In this document: positions 1 to 12,300 of the stretch, one piece after another | How the letters are laid out: every line of letters begins with the position of its first letter | Numbering within the stretch: the stretch's first letter is position 1 | Origin: the human T2T-CHM13v2.0 reference genome, Homo sapiens | NCBI RefSeq assembly: GCF_009914755.1 | Contig: NC_060931.1 | Direction: 5' to 3' (one strand) | DNA length: 64,000 nt | Notes under the pieces: model-generated | Databases searched by the model: none | Told to the model about the DNA's origin: nothing | Seen by the model: only the letters and a program-made list of their open reading frames with translations | Program-made: the position numbers and the translations under genes

Positions 1-2200
1 CTTTTAAAACAAGATAAGCTAGAACCCCTGGAATGGGCAGAAGAAAACAAATTATCATTGCAAGAAATTTGTAAAAGAGTTTTATAGATATCCCAGCATT
101 CAGGCATCCAAATTATAATATCTTATTATTATTGATTGTTCATGAGAATCAGGGAACTGCCTTAGGTGTTGACTCAAAAACATAAGAGATCAAAATAAGA
201 ACTGTAGGATGCTATAGTCAACAATTGAACCCTGTGGCTAAAGAATTGCTACCTTGCATGAAAGCAGTAACTGCTACTACAATACTAATAAAAGCAAATG
301 AAGGAATAATGATGGGATCTTTGTTCATTGTCTTTGATCCACATTCTGTGAAAGCATTTCTAAACTTGCATCACATTCAACACTATTCATTTAGTAGACT
401 GGCTTCTTATGAAGTTCTTCTTATTTCTGCTCCCTATATTACAGTCTTCAGTTGTAATAATGTAAATCTTGCCACTCTTCTGCTTCTGTCTTCTGATGAA
501 ATACCACATAATTGCATAATCCTAAACAACCAGCTTCTCTCTCTTAGGATGGACCTGCACGAAACCCCCCTTACTAACAATGATGTTATTTGGTTTACAG
601 TTGCACCTTACTTAAAGAGTGCATTTGGAAATTATCATGCAGGTTATGCTGTAGTATATTTAACTGAGCAAACAGAAAGGGCTTATATTCCAGGAGCAAC
701 TTCAGCTCAACAAGTAGAGTTAATAGTATTAATTAAGCCTGTCAACGGGCAAAAGGGATCACTTCCAATATTTATACATGAAAATTTATATAATATTTAT
801 AATATTTATGCTGGTCAGAGTAGCTTATGATTTTGGAAATCTATGGAAACAAAAAGGATTTCTAACCTCTTTCGATCAGTTCATAAAAAATGGACACCCT
901 GTTTCATAATTATTGGAAGCTATATTATTACCAAAATATAGCCATTATCAAGATCCCAGAACATTCAAAGTCAAATACTACAGAAAGCAAGAGAAATCAG
1001 TTAGCAGATAATAGAGTAAAAAGAGCTGCCCTAAGTGTATCTGAACAAGAAAATCAACCCATTTTAGCTTTCAAAAAGCGCTTGATTTTGATATAAAATT
1101 AGTTTAATCCAAAGCTCCAAAAATAAAACAAGAAAATTGGGAGACAAAAGGGAAACATACTCTTCCAAGACTGGGCTGTTGTATAGACCAAATGGTCTAG
1201 TTATACTTCCAATCAAATTACAATCATCTTTCTTAACTTATGTTCATGTTTTAACTCATTGGAGCCCCAGTAAGATGGTTCCTTGGAGAAAACAATATAA
1301 TCATCATATCTGCGCCAAACATAATCCAGGGAAACATTTACATAGTTTTCAAGGTACTTTTCCTTTACCAGAAAGCCCTTTCAAGGTATAGCAACTAGAT
1401 TTTATTCAGCTACCACCATCAGAAGGATTCAAGTACATTCTAGTAACAGTTTGTATGTTTTCTCATAAAGTAGAAGCATTTCCATCCAGAAGAACAACAG
1501 CCTTAGCAGTAAGTAAAATTCTCTTAGAAAAAATTATTCTGACTTGGGGAGTTTCGCGAGAACTTCACAGCAACAGAGGTAGTCATTTTATTGGCAAATA
1601 ATCCAGTCAGTATACAAAAGCTGGCTCACTCTCCAACATTTTCATTGTGCCTATCACCCTCAGTCATCTGGCTTAGCGGAAAGCACAAACAAAATAATCA
1701 AACTCAACTGGCAAAATTAACTGAGATTTTTTAAATTCCTTGGCCAAAAGCTTTTCCATTGGTTTTGCTTAAACTAAGATCAACTCCTTTTGCTAAATAC
1801 CAACTGTTTCCATTGGAAATTATAACAGGCAGGTCTATAAAATTATTTTCAGAAAAGTATAGATCTATGATACTAATAGGGGATATGTTGTATTATTGCA
1901 GGAGGCTTATAAGGCAGCTAACTAAAGAGTGTAATTCAGTAAGACTCTTTCTACAGTGAACTCCCAGAAGATACAATCTTAAGGACCAGGAGACTTCAAG
2001 CAACAGGTTATGTCTATTGAAAATGACATCTTTTAAAGGACTCCCTTCAACTAAGGTGGAAAAAATCTTATTGGGTGCTCCTTACCAAATCTTGTGCCAC
2101 TAAACTAAAAGGAATTAGTTCCTGGATACGCAACATCCATTTAAATAAGGATCCTTTGCTAATTTGGACTTTATCTTAAACTGGTAATTTAAAATTAAAA
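1..2200 (+). mobile_element. pol: Degenerate class I (ERV1/gamma-like) endogenous retrovirus pol: RT-RNaseH connection, RNase H and integrase; runs off the left edge
   Basis: Translation gives YSQQLNPVAKELLPCMKAV (RT connection), VIWFT...AGYAVV...ATSAQQVELI (RNase H), HICAKHNPGK (IN Zn finger), V*QLDFIQLPP...LHSNRGSHF...AYHPQSSGLAESTN (IN core) and LQLRWKKSYWVLLT...KLKGISSWI (GPY/F region). Many stops and frameshifts. Confidence 0.93.
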
Positions 2201-2311
2201 TTCCTCAGAACCAGCAAGGATAAGAAAAATACAATATCTGAGCTAGTCAGTTTTCTCAAGACACCAAAACAGGCCTTTATCTAAATAAATGCTTTATATT
2301 AATAATCATAG

Positions 2312-2515
2312 ATGGAGAAGGTCTCTCTTTACAAATTCCCATTAAATCTCTTTCTTTTTGCTCCTAGTTCTTATGTTTTGTTGCTACTATCACCAGCTGT
2401 TGCCCATGAAGCATACCTCTTCTTGCAGTGAGCTCAGTATGCTAACAGATTACAGAAAAACACATGCTGGGTATGTGGCCTCATGCCCCTTTCTGGTGGT
2501 CTGGTGCCTCCTTGA
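2312..2515 (+). pseudogene. env: Truncated retroviral env N-terminus (signal peptide plus start of SU with CXXC), similar to HERV-R(b)/PABL_B-type env
   Basis: In frame from ATG 2312: MEKVSLYKFPLNLFLFAPSSYVLLLLSPAVAHEAYLFLQ*AQYANRLQKNTCWVCGLMPLS. Hydrophobic leader ends in AVA; CWVC at 2465-2476; TGA at 2429 where W is expected. Lies directly after pol. Confidence 0.8.
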
Positions 2516-2778
2516 CTCTTCTTTCGATTTAAGGCTAACCCTTTGTGAGAGAGCCTGGTGGAAGACTTTAGCTGCACAAAGCAAAAAGTAGAAAAAGCCA
2601 GGTTGGTACTGGTCAGGAGCAGTATAAATTTATAAGAGAGGGTTGAACAATGGTTATGGATGGAAAAGGATATGGATGGAAAAGCAAAAGTGGGTGCAAA
2701 TGGCAAACTGCAAAACCAAGCCATGAAAAATAGGACAAGAAATAAATGCAAGGCTATAAAGAGCCCTAATATGGTAAA

Positions 2779-2800
2779 TGGATGGATGGATGGATGGATG
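2779..2800 (+). repeat. (TGGA)n microsatellite
   Basis: atggatggatggatggatggatg. Confidence 0.9.
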
Positions 2801-5119
2801 AGGCCCAGAAGGGATAGGGGCAAGTCACTTGAGACCAAGTGTGTGAACTCTGAAAGTAGTTATTTCTGACATGCAAGACTTGGAAACAGGCCTGAAAGGC
2901 AAAGCATTTGATTTCAAATTTGTTCCCTAGAAAAATGGAGGGTGCTTCAGAGATTGTTCCTGGGATCTTTTCCCTGATTCCGTCCTTCCCACCTCCATCC
3001 TCTCCAAAGCACACACTTAATTTGAGCTTACATGCTTCACGTATTGGCCTCATGTGCTACTACCAGACTAAAAAAGGCTCAAAAATTACAGAACTGTCAG
3101 AAGAAAAAGTGGACGGTTAAGCATTCTTTACCTTTTTGGGCCAGCGTATCTTAGAATTTATCTTCGTATCCTCCAATTCCCTAAGCATCTGCTCCTTTTC
3201 TCAGTAAGGAAATACAATCTTCTCTCCTGTCTGTGATTCCAGAACAGAAGAAGAAAGAGTCATCATCTGTAGACCAAGGCACCCAGGGCCAAACTGTAAA
3301 AATAAGAGATGCTTACATTTTCAGACATTTCTTCTCACATGGAAGTATTTAAAGTTCAATCACAAAATACTTTAAATCATTTGAGTTGCCTAAATATCTA
3401 AATGTTGCATTGTGAATGTGCCTGGCAAAATCTTACCTCCTTTGGTCATTTAGACAAACTTTTATTTTTTTTTCAAACCATAAAAAATGTTAGACTATTT
3501 TGGAATGCTTTGAGATTTTCTCAAGTGAAAGTAAGATTTTCTCGAGTGAATTATACTTCATAATTCTCCAACTCAGTTACAGACATGCAAAAACAGACTT
3601 TTGATGTTTTTCAATTTTCTTTTTAAATATGGAGTGTTTAACTACAATGAATTCATCTTGTAATGTGTTATGCATCTTAGTTTTGACTTAAATGATATTT
3701 CTTTCTCATCTATCCATCTCTGCCTTATTAGACAAAGCACTAATTCCTCACATTGCCACTTAGAGGTGATGTGCCGTGTCAGAAGTATCAAAGGTAATGA
3801 GGAAGTGCCTCATTTAGACTTCATTAGGAGAGTTTCCAACCCAAAGTCAAATGCACTTGAATGACATCGGATCCCAGGCAGCCCAAGCTGGGACTCTTCC
3901 AGGATCATGATGGCACAGCTGGGACAGTGGCTGGTCTTTATCAGGCAGGCACAGTGGCCAAAGGCAAAGATCTACATTTGACTCCTGTGCTTCATATTTT
4001 ACCAGCAGCTCTGTTTCTCTGTATCCTGCCAAGAATTCCCAGAAGGAAAAAAGGCTTGGAGGTGAGGCTGGGTGAGATAGAGTGTAGAGAATAATGAACA
4101 CCATCCTGCAATAGAAATTTCAACAGAACATTAGAACTTCTATGGTAACTTTGCTGAAAAAAAAATATATAATCATAATAATTATGGTTTTTTTTGTAGC
4201 CAAAAGATATTGGAGAATAATTTTGGTTGTACATACCCCTTCAACATGTACATTTCTCTCCAAGTAGGAATAACCTTATTCAGCTACTTCTGCAAAAAAA
4301 TGATAAACATCATTGGCTTTTCTAACTCTAAAAATCACATTTTTAAATAAAACATTCAGTTCAAATTTACTCAAGCAAAACACCTATCTATAAATTCACT
4401 GAAGAAATTAACCTTATAAATTTTGAATTTGCATATTTATAAGATAAATTTATACTTCTCACACTTAAGTCTTTTGTCTCACATAAGTAATTTTTATCAA
4501 CACATATATTCTATTTGCTTATTTGTCATAGGATTCAACATTGCACAAAATTTTGATACATGAATTATGGAATTATATTTACGAGTTTTTCATCAGCATT
4601 TATTTGTGATATTTAAAATCATTTATGTATTTTTAGCTCTTTGAAACAGATAAGTGGCCAGAGTGATTAAAGTTGAAAACAAAATTACAGATAAAATATA
4701 CATTTAATAAGTATTCTGTACTTTTATAACTTTTTAAATGAAAATTAAGGAAAGACTACTTACATTCAATTTTACATTATAGTTTACTACACATTTTGTG
4801 TTAAGGGGAGTGTTCTGTAAACATATAGATTTATAAACTATATATAGATACAAAGATATATCTCACCTATCTAACTATATATTTGTATGTTTTTTAAAAC
4901 TTTTAAATTACATGTCAGGTTTTGTCATTTTAAAAGTCTATATTGATATATTTATTTTAATTATGTGAATTTTTCTCGAGTACTTCTTTAGCTGTGTACC
5001 ACAAAATTTTTACATGTTTACTTTCTGTTATTATTTACTAGAAATTTTGCAACTGCATTTTGCATTTCACTTTTGATCCAAGATGTATTTAAAATTGTAA
5101 TTTCCATGTAGCATAGTAT

Positions 5120-5850
5120 TTTCTTTTTTAACTTTTATTTTAAGTTCAGGGGTACATATGCAGATTTGTTATGTAGGTAAATTGCATGTCATGGGGAGTT
5201 GGTGTACAAATTATTTCATCACCCAGATAATAAGCATAGTACCTTATAGGGAGCTTTTTGATCCTTTCCTTCCTCCCACTCTCTACCCTCAAGTAGGCCC
5301 CAGTGTCTGTTATTCCCTTCTTTGTGTCCATGTGCACTCAATGTTTAGCTCCCACTTATAAGTTAAAACATGCAGTATTTGTTCCTGCATTAGTTCACTT
5401 AGGATTATGGCCTCCAGCTCCATTCATGTTGCTGCAAAGGGTGTGATCTCATTATTTTTATGGCTGTGTAGTATTCCATGGTTTATCTGAACCACATTTT
5501 CTTTATTCAATCAGTCACTGATAGGCATTTAGGTTGATTTCATGACTTTGCTATTGCAAACAATGCTGCAATGAACATATGTGTGCATGTGTCTTTATAG
5601 TACAATAATTTATATTCCTTTAGGTATATACCCAATAATGGGATTGCTGCATCAAATGTCACTTCCATTTTAAGTTCTTTGCAAAATCGCCACACTGCTT
5701 TCCACAGTGGCTGAACTAATTCACATTCCCATCAGCAGTGTATAAGCATTTCCTTTCCTTTGCAACCATGCCACCTTCTGTTATTGTTTTACTTTTATAA
5801 TAATAATAATAGTAATAGCCATTCAGACTGGTGTAAGAAGGTATCTCATC
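5120..5850 (-). mobile_element. L1 3' end fragment (older primate L1PA15/16-like), 5'-truncated
   Basis: T-rich tail then aacttttattttaagttcaggggtacat..., L1 3'UTR and ORF2 C-terminal antisense sequence to ggtatctcat. Confidence 0.9.
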
Positions 5851-5911
5851 TAAATGATGTTTATTGTTTTAGTTGTTAATGTTTCTAATTGGTACTACAT
5901 TGAACTGAAAA

Positions 5912-6494
5912 TGTTAGTGGCAGCAAATTCGTACAGATCTGCAGCAACCTCACTTCTCGCCTCCACAAAAGAAAAGTATTCCACTGAGGGAAATAAGGCA
6001 GAAGAAGAAACTGAAGCAAGTTTTAGAGCAGGAGTGAAAGTTTATTTAAAAAAAAAAAACTTTAAAGCGGAAATGAAAATTACACTTGGAAGAGGGCCAA
6101 ATGGACACCTTGGAGGTCAAGTGCCCATTTGACCTTGGACTTAGGGTTTTATATACTGCGCTACATCCAGCCTCTTGCTTTCTTTTTCCAGTGGAATGCA
6201 TCTAGAAGGTCATATACCAGTAACACTCTGCCATTTAGCTTCTCAATGTGCTTCCTTGAGCTCACTCACCCAATTCCTGAGATCTTATTGGGAAGCTGCC
6301 AATCACCAGTTATAGGTGTTTTTATCTATTGGAAAACTGCCTTCCCCTAGCGCTGGGTGTGATCAGTTATTATTTTAGAGAGGCAGTGTGACAACTGCCT
6401 GATCCTCACCTGATGGTTGCCTGACTTTCCTTGTGGGATGTGGGGGTAGTACTCTCCTGCCCCGCTCATGCCTGACTAGCTACCTACTGTAACA
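5912..6494 (-). mobile_element. Solo LTR, MER50-like (ERV1)
   Basis: Bounded by TGTTA...TAACA; the reverse complement starts tgttacagtaggtagctagtcaggcatgagcggggcaggagag, matching the recalled MER50 consensus; minus-strand AATAAA near 6040. Confidence 0.8.
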
Positions 6495-7234
6495 AAAGGG
6501 GTCCTTTCTACACCAGGTGCTCTGCAAAGTACTTACACTGATGTGGCTCATGCCTGCCTCCTAGAAAATGACACATTCATTCTCTCTTTGTCTTTCTTTC
6601 TCTTTCTCTCTTCAACATGGGGTTTACTCAAGTACTTTTAGATGTGCTTAATGTAGATTTGTTTAGAGACTTTTTAAAGTTCTCTAAAGTTCACAGACTT
6701 CCCTAGGATCGTCAATGCAACCTCCTTTTCCAGGATTCAGACAGCCTTTGCTGATATAGTTACCGTCTATATCTCCCTATAAAATATTTCCTACTTTTGC
6801 TATAAACTGTCTTGTGAGGACATTGGTGTGGAGTACACAGGTATTAAACAAATATGTACAGATTTTCTAAGGGGAAACTAGGAACATTGAAGTATTGAGG
6901 ACATCTGTGATTCTCTATAGTCAAGATAAAACTAAATCATTTAGCTACTATGATATTGTTTTGCTGTCAGAATTTTTAAAAGGGTACCCAGGTGTTAGCT
7001 GAAAAATACACCTTCCCACATTCCGGAGCCCTAAGTGTTATTTGTTAAATCAACCTAGCTGAAACAAGCTATTTGATGAAAGTTGGAAAGATAAATAAAC
7101 ATCAAAGATATTTCAAAGTGCAGGAAATTGTAGCTCAATTATAACTACTATAATTTCAAAATCCACAAGAGAAAATAAAAAAAAAAAATCCATATAATCA
7201 TGAGTTGTAACTGGTAGAATGTCTAGAATTGTTG

Positions 7235-7398
7235 TTATTAAACTTTTGTGCCTCTAAGAATCACCTGGGAAGCTTACGGAGATCCCCAGGTGCTGTATCA
7301 AAGATTCTGCATTAGGAAGTTTAATTGTCTACCTTTTAACAGTACCTTCCACTGACTCTCTGGATGGTAGTTAACTGAATGCACTTTGAGAGCACTGC
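7235..7398. mobile_element. MER5-type hAT-Charlie non-autonomous DNA transposon fragment
   Basis: aaactt...gaatcacctgggaagctt...cactttgagagcactg, typical MER5 motifs and terminus. Confidence 0.6.
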
Positions 7399-8264
7399 CC
7401 CCAAATATTTCATAGAAATGTTAAGATTAACAGTCCGGGTTGCATGATTTCTGAGCTTCTAAGCTAAAACGGCAAATTAAGGCCTTTCTTTTCCAACCCT
7501 AGTGACACTTAGAATCTGTGAAAAGCATTGGCCACTGCCAATAAATGCATTTTAATGGCATGTTGTGCTTATTTAACTACACACTCACCATAGACTGTGA
7601 GCCCCTAGTTCTTAACGCTGCTGAAGAATTCACCACTTCACTCTTTCTTGGTTTAATTGTTTTGGTCCCTGAATAATATTTCCATACATATAATATGCAC
7701 ACAATACAAGGTCCATCACTGTAGTTAGTGTAGGTCTTCTAATAGCATGAAAACTAAGCCTTGAAAAGTAAAGAAATAATAAGAAAACACTCTAGGAACT
7801 TAGAAAATATACAGATTTAGAGTCAGGATTCTAGTTATAGTTCAATAGATTGATCTATGTATGGATCAATAGAGATAGAAGAGAAATACATATATAGATA
7901 TAGATGCAAAAATAGATATAGACATACACATAAGTATGTATTTGCATGTTTCTTTACTTTTAGAAATAATACTCACATATTTAGTTTAGCTAAGTTTTAC
8001 AATATCACATGTTTCTTCTATAGATAATATTTTATTACTACCCTTGTTTTATATTTTTCCTTCTAGATGGATACCTAAAACCGGGATGAAATCTTATTCA
8101 GACTTGTAACCCTAAAGTTGTACCAGAGAATATCCTCTATTCTTTTTGTAAAGACTATGTAAAAAGAAATTTTATGTGCCTTTTAATATCTGAAAATATC
8201 TTGATTTTGTCTTCACTCTCTTGAGTGATTAGTCTTTGGAAAATGGCAGACATTTGTTCATGAC

Positions 8265-8375
8265 TGCAATTTCATACAAAAGAAGCTGAGGCTCAGAAGT
8301 TAATGTACTTGCCCAATGTCACTCAAGTGGAATGCAGCAGATTTTAGAGACAGAACTGAAATCTAGTCTTTGAAC
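8265..8375 (-). mobile_element. MIR SINE fragment
   Basis: gaagctgaggctcagaagttaatgtacttgcccaatgtcac is the MIR core in antisense. Confidence 0.7.
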
Positions 8376-8898
8376 TAATTATTCATGAAACATTCGTTCT
8401 TCTACTCAACTTAGAGTTGTTGAATATTTATTATTCTCGAGGTTCTAGTAGAACTTACAAAGATCAACAGAGTTATTGGTCAGCTACAGATAATTTCATG
8501 GCATGATAATGGAGATAGAAATGTTCTTCCCTTCGTATCTTTCATTTATCCTACCCTACAACCAAAAACAAACAACCAGGTTGTTCATTTTCCAAGTTCT
8601 GCACTTTACTGAGCCTAATAACAAGCACTCCAATATTTTCTCTCAACCTAGTTCCTCTTAAAATCTGTGCTTGGCTTTTGACTCTCCCTACCTCCTGTTA
8701 TATGAAGCTTCTCATCACGGCATCTTCTCTAAACTGGAAACTTTCCCTTCCTTTACCGTATCCCCAAACATTATTTCTACCTCTCATATCAGTTACCTTT
8801 CACATCCCATCAGTTTCTACTGCTGTGACATTTATGAATTTACCTGCATGTAGCCTCACTATATAGACAAACCCCTTGAGAATTTAATCATGTCTGTC

Positions 8899-9520
8899 TG
8901 AGGCAGGAAATTAAAGACAAATAAGATTAAAAAGAAAGAGAAATAAGTTTTTCTGTATTAGGCTGACTTGTCCCAGAGGCAGCAACAGGCACAGGCCAAA
9001 CCCAGGAAAAGTCTTGCTAATATTATCTAATGTGCTCTGGAGACTCTCCCAGCACTCCCTCAACATACAGAGAAGAAAAACAAATTTTCCTTTGTTTTAT
9101 GGAATGGGTTTATAGATTCCTCTTCTCTGTAACTAGTGACTTCAAGTGTTCTGTTTTATCTAAGAAGTATCATGAAGGTCATGAGAAGCCTGAGTAGGCT
9201 TGAACTACAGCTGCCTGGGCACCATAGTGAAGGTTATGGGATAAGCCCATACCCAGGCAAACCTAGATAACACACGTGGGTGCTTGGCAATGGTCATATG
9301 CAATCCTGTCTTTGTCCTGCCTCTGTATCCCTGCTTTCATGCCACTGTAAGCTTGCTTCGAGCTAGCCCACCCCCTTTAGTAAAGTGTGTATAAAAGTCA
9401 GGTGCTGTCTTTGTTCCGGGCTCAGTCTTTTGGACGTGAGTCAGCTGGGCCTGAGTGCACTCAATAAAGATTCTCCTATTTCAACCTGAGGTCTCTCTCA
9501 TCCTTCTGAATCCCACAACA
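8899..9520 (+). mobile_element. Complete solo ERV1 LTR (LTR10/HERV-I- or LTR4/HERV3-like; subfamily uncertain)
   Basis: TG...CA termini, perfect 4-bp TSD TGTC (8895-8898 and 9521-9524), TATAAAA at 9390-9396, AATAAA at 9463-9468. Confidence 0.88.
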
Positions 9521-10888
9521 TGTCCACTGTCTCTTCAACTGAGCTTAGCAAACACCCTCTCTTATATATTCACTTTCCAGTACTGTTAATCCAGTAATAC
9601 TTCACACTCTCCCATTTCCTGCTCTGTGAAAATGACAGTTCCTCAGAGAGGCCTCTGCTGACAAGTCAGTCTAAAAGAGTTGTCACTATGTTATCTATCC
9701 CCATATACTGCTAGTTTTCTTTAAACCCTTGATATAATATTATTTGCCTTCTGTAATATACAGTAGACTTTATATTCCTTAAGGGTAAGATCCTAGTATA
9801 TTTTCATCACTTTATCTCTTGTGATGTTAACAACACTTGACAATTAGAAAGTACTTGAAAAAATATTTATAAATAAATAAATTATTATTTATATGTGAAA
9901 AAACTTAGAGTAATGATAGAAAAAAATCAAGTCCTAGTAATGACTCAGAGTGTTAAATAAATTCAAATATGGATACAGTTGAATTTACATTGACTAAACT
10001 TTATCTCTGCCGTGTTCTTCCTTATTGGGTATGGGGTGAAAACCTGCTGATTTCCACTTGACAAAGCTCCCGTCATGATTGAAGAGGTTTCTTTATATGA
10101 TTCAATGAGTGCTTAAGTTTTTCTATTCAGAGATAGAGGCACTGTGCATGGCAAATAAAAGTTCGAGTTTGTAATAACACAAAAACTATCATCACAAAGG
10201 ATTCATATATCAAAACCCATTATTTATTAAAAGTAAGTCTAGTACCTACCAAGATATTTGTGGAAAGCATCACCACTTAGTTCTCAGAAATAATAGAAGT
10301 AAATATTTCTCAACAAATATTTATTGAACACGTGTTATGCACAATGATCTTAATATTTTATAAACAAATCATCTAAGCATTCAGTAGTCCCCAGTCTTCA
10401 CATATGGACCTAAACCCAGTGAAGTTAACTAACTTGGCAGTATTCACAGAGCTACTTAATGGCTACAAAAATGGTCATAGGGAAATTTCCAAAATAACTA
10501 TTTAGCTTACTCTCAAATCAATAAGCAACCATTTCCTAGTATTCCTTGTAATAATGCTTCTGAGAAGTTCTGTAGGTGGCTATTAAGAAAACCTGAAGCC
10601 AGTAAGTGAGCCACTGAGCCCTCTGGGGATTTCTGGAGTAAAGTTTGTTTATATGTGTTAGGAAATATTACCAGTGATACTGCTATGGCATCATAAGGTA
10701 GTCCTATAAGCAAATAAGTTGAGTCCTGGATTCATCAGATCCTGTCAAGTTTGCTTTTCTGACGTGTGCTCACCAGCTTGAAGCTTTGTCCTATACATTG
10801 ACTCTAACAAAAATGCATAGCTTGATGGATAAGCATGTCAAGGTGAGGTAGTGTTCCCTCAACAGCTGAGTGCATTTGCCAAGCTGCC

Positions 10889-11300
10889 TATCTTAGTTTG
10901 GGTTTTCACAGAGGCTGACCTGGAGGTAAGAATTTAACATCAAGTAATTTATTTAGGAAGTGATCCTTGTCATGGGAAAAAGAGGCAGGAAAGAAAGAAA
11001 AGCCCACAGCCAGGTGCATTAGTGAGTATGTTACTGTGGAATATCCCACTGGTGTCCTGAGCAAAACAATCCTCAGTTATACAAGCTGGGAGGCAAGAAA
11101 GCCCAGGCATGGATCCTTCATTGGTTGAGGGCTACTCTCTGGAGCATATATGGTGCTTCCAGCCTTCCCAATGCTTGGTTTGAGCCTGTTCGTGTTGCCA
11201 GGAGAAGACTTCAGGCAGAAAAGCACAGGTGCTTGAGAGAGGAAGTCAGCAATGTACCTGTCCACAGTGAGGGGAGTGGGTGCCCATGCCACCTGCACGA
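10889..11300 (-). mobile_element. Old ERVL-class LTR (LTR33/LTR16-like)
   Basis: tatcttagtttgggttttcacagaggctgaccctggag...tttatttaggaagtgatcc resembles the recalled antisense LTR33 terminus. Confidence 0.55.
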
Positions 11301-12074
11301 GCTGTGGTTCTCTAGCTTCTCTTATTTCCGCTCTTCATTTCATTTACTTCTGCTTGAAAGCTGACTCAATCAATCTGATCCCTGGCTCCCCAAGATCCTT
11401 GTCAACCACAACTTCTTCCCTTCAAAAAGTACTCCGAATGTGTTTATTGAGTTTTACACCAAGCCAGTCTGTGTTGGGCCTTATTGCTATAAATATGAAT
11501 AAAACTGCATTCCAAACCATATTACTAATCCTCACCTTACTGTTTTAGAAAAGCCAAAATACTGACATGAACAAGCTGCAATGGGATATTGAGGAAGAAG
11601 CCATGACACTTCTGGGGGAAATCTGGGATGCTTTTTTGAGTTTACATTTAAACTGAGTCTGGGAGCCCAAGTAGCAGTGTCCAATGTGCACAATTTGAAA
11701 GAACATTGGAGATGGAGATCAAATTGTCTCTTAGTATATACATAACTCTTTTCAAGAATTTATATAGTAGGATTTTAGAGTAGAAAAGGATTCAGGATCA
11801 AGTCTATTCAGAGCATTGGCTACCACTACAAGAGGGTACGATATCAGCTAGAGTAACCGAGGGCCACTGGAGGCTTACATTGCAGGAGCATGCACAAAAT
11901 AATCCCCTTGCCTCAGTCACCTCTTTTGGAAGATGTAGTAAAAAGATTTGAATGTAGATGACTAGTTTGTAGGGTAAGGCCATAGACCTCATCTCAGGCA
12001 GGACATAGGGGTAAAGAGCAGGAGACAGAATCTATATTTTTTTTTTAGTTCATAGAAAATTTATTTTCATGTTT

Positions 12075-12300
12075 CATCAGGCTGCCTGAATTCAAGTTTA
12101 GTTTCTGAAACTTATTCGCTATGTACATTTGAAGGGAATAATTATTATCTCAGTTCCCTCACTGTTTATATGGAAATAAGAACAACACTAACCTGATAGG
12201 GTTTGGGGGAAGATTAGATTAGATAAAAACCCTCATTTATCACTTAGCATGGCACCTGACACATAGTCATTACAAGATGTCATATAATGCTAATATCAGT
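12075..12300 (+). mobile_element. MIR SINE
   Basis: ctcagttccctcactg...atggaaataagaacaac...cacttagcatggcacctgacacatagt. Confidence 0.75.

Noticed and set aside
225-2431. APOBEC3 G-to-A hypermutation of the ERV1 (W->TAG 1389, W->TGA 2018 and 2429, D->N changes)
   Set aside because: C-to-T changes (P->L, P->S) look about as common, which fits ordinary neutral decay. A strand-bias test against the consensus would be needed.
3513-3550. 21-bp-period duplication agattttctc(a/g)agtgaa (similar short duplications at ~44830-44880 and ~57087-57130)
   Set aside because: Two-copy slippage products with no sign of function.
5912-9520. Either LTR being the 3' LTR of the provirus at 1-2500
   Set aside because: The MER50-like LTR is in the opposite orientation, and the 8899-9520 LTR has its own matching TSD, so it is an independent solo LTR.
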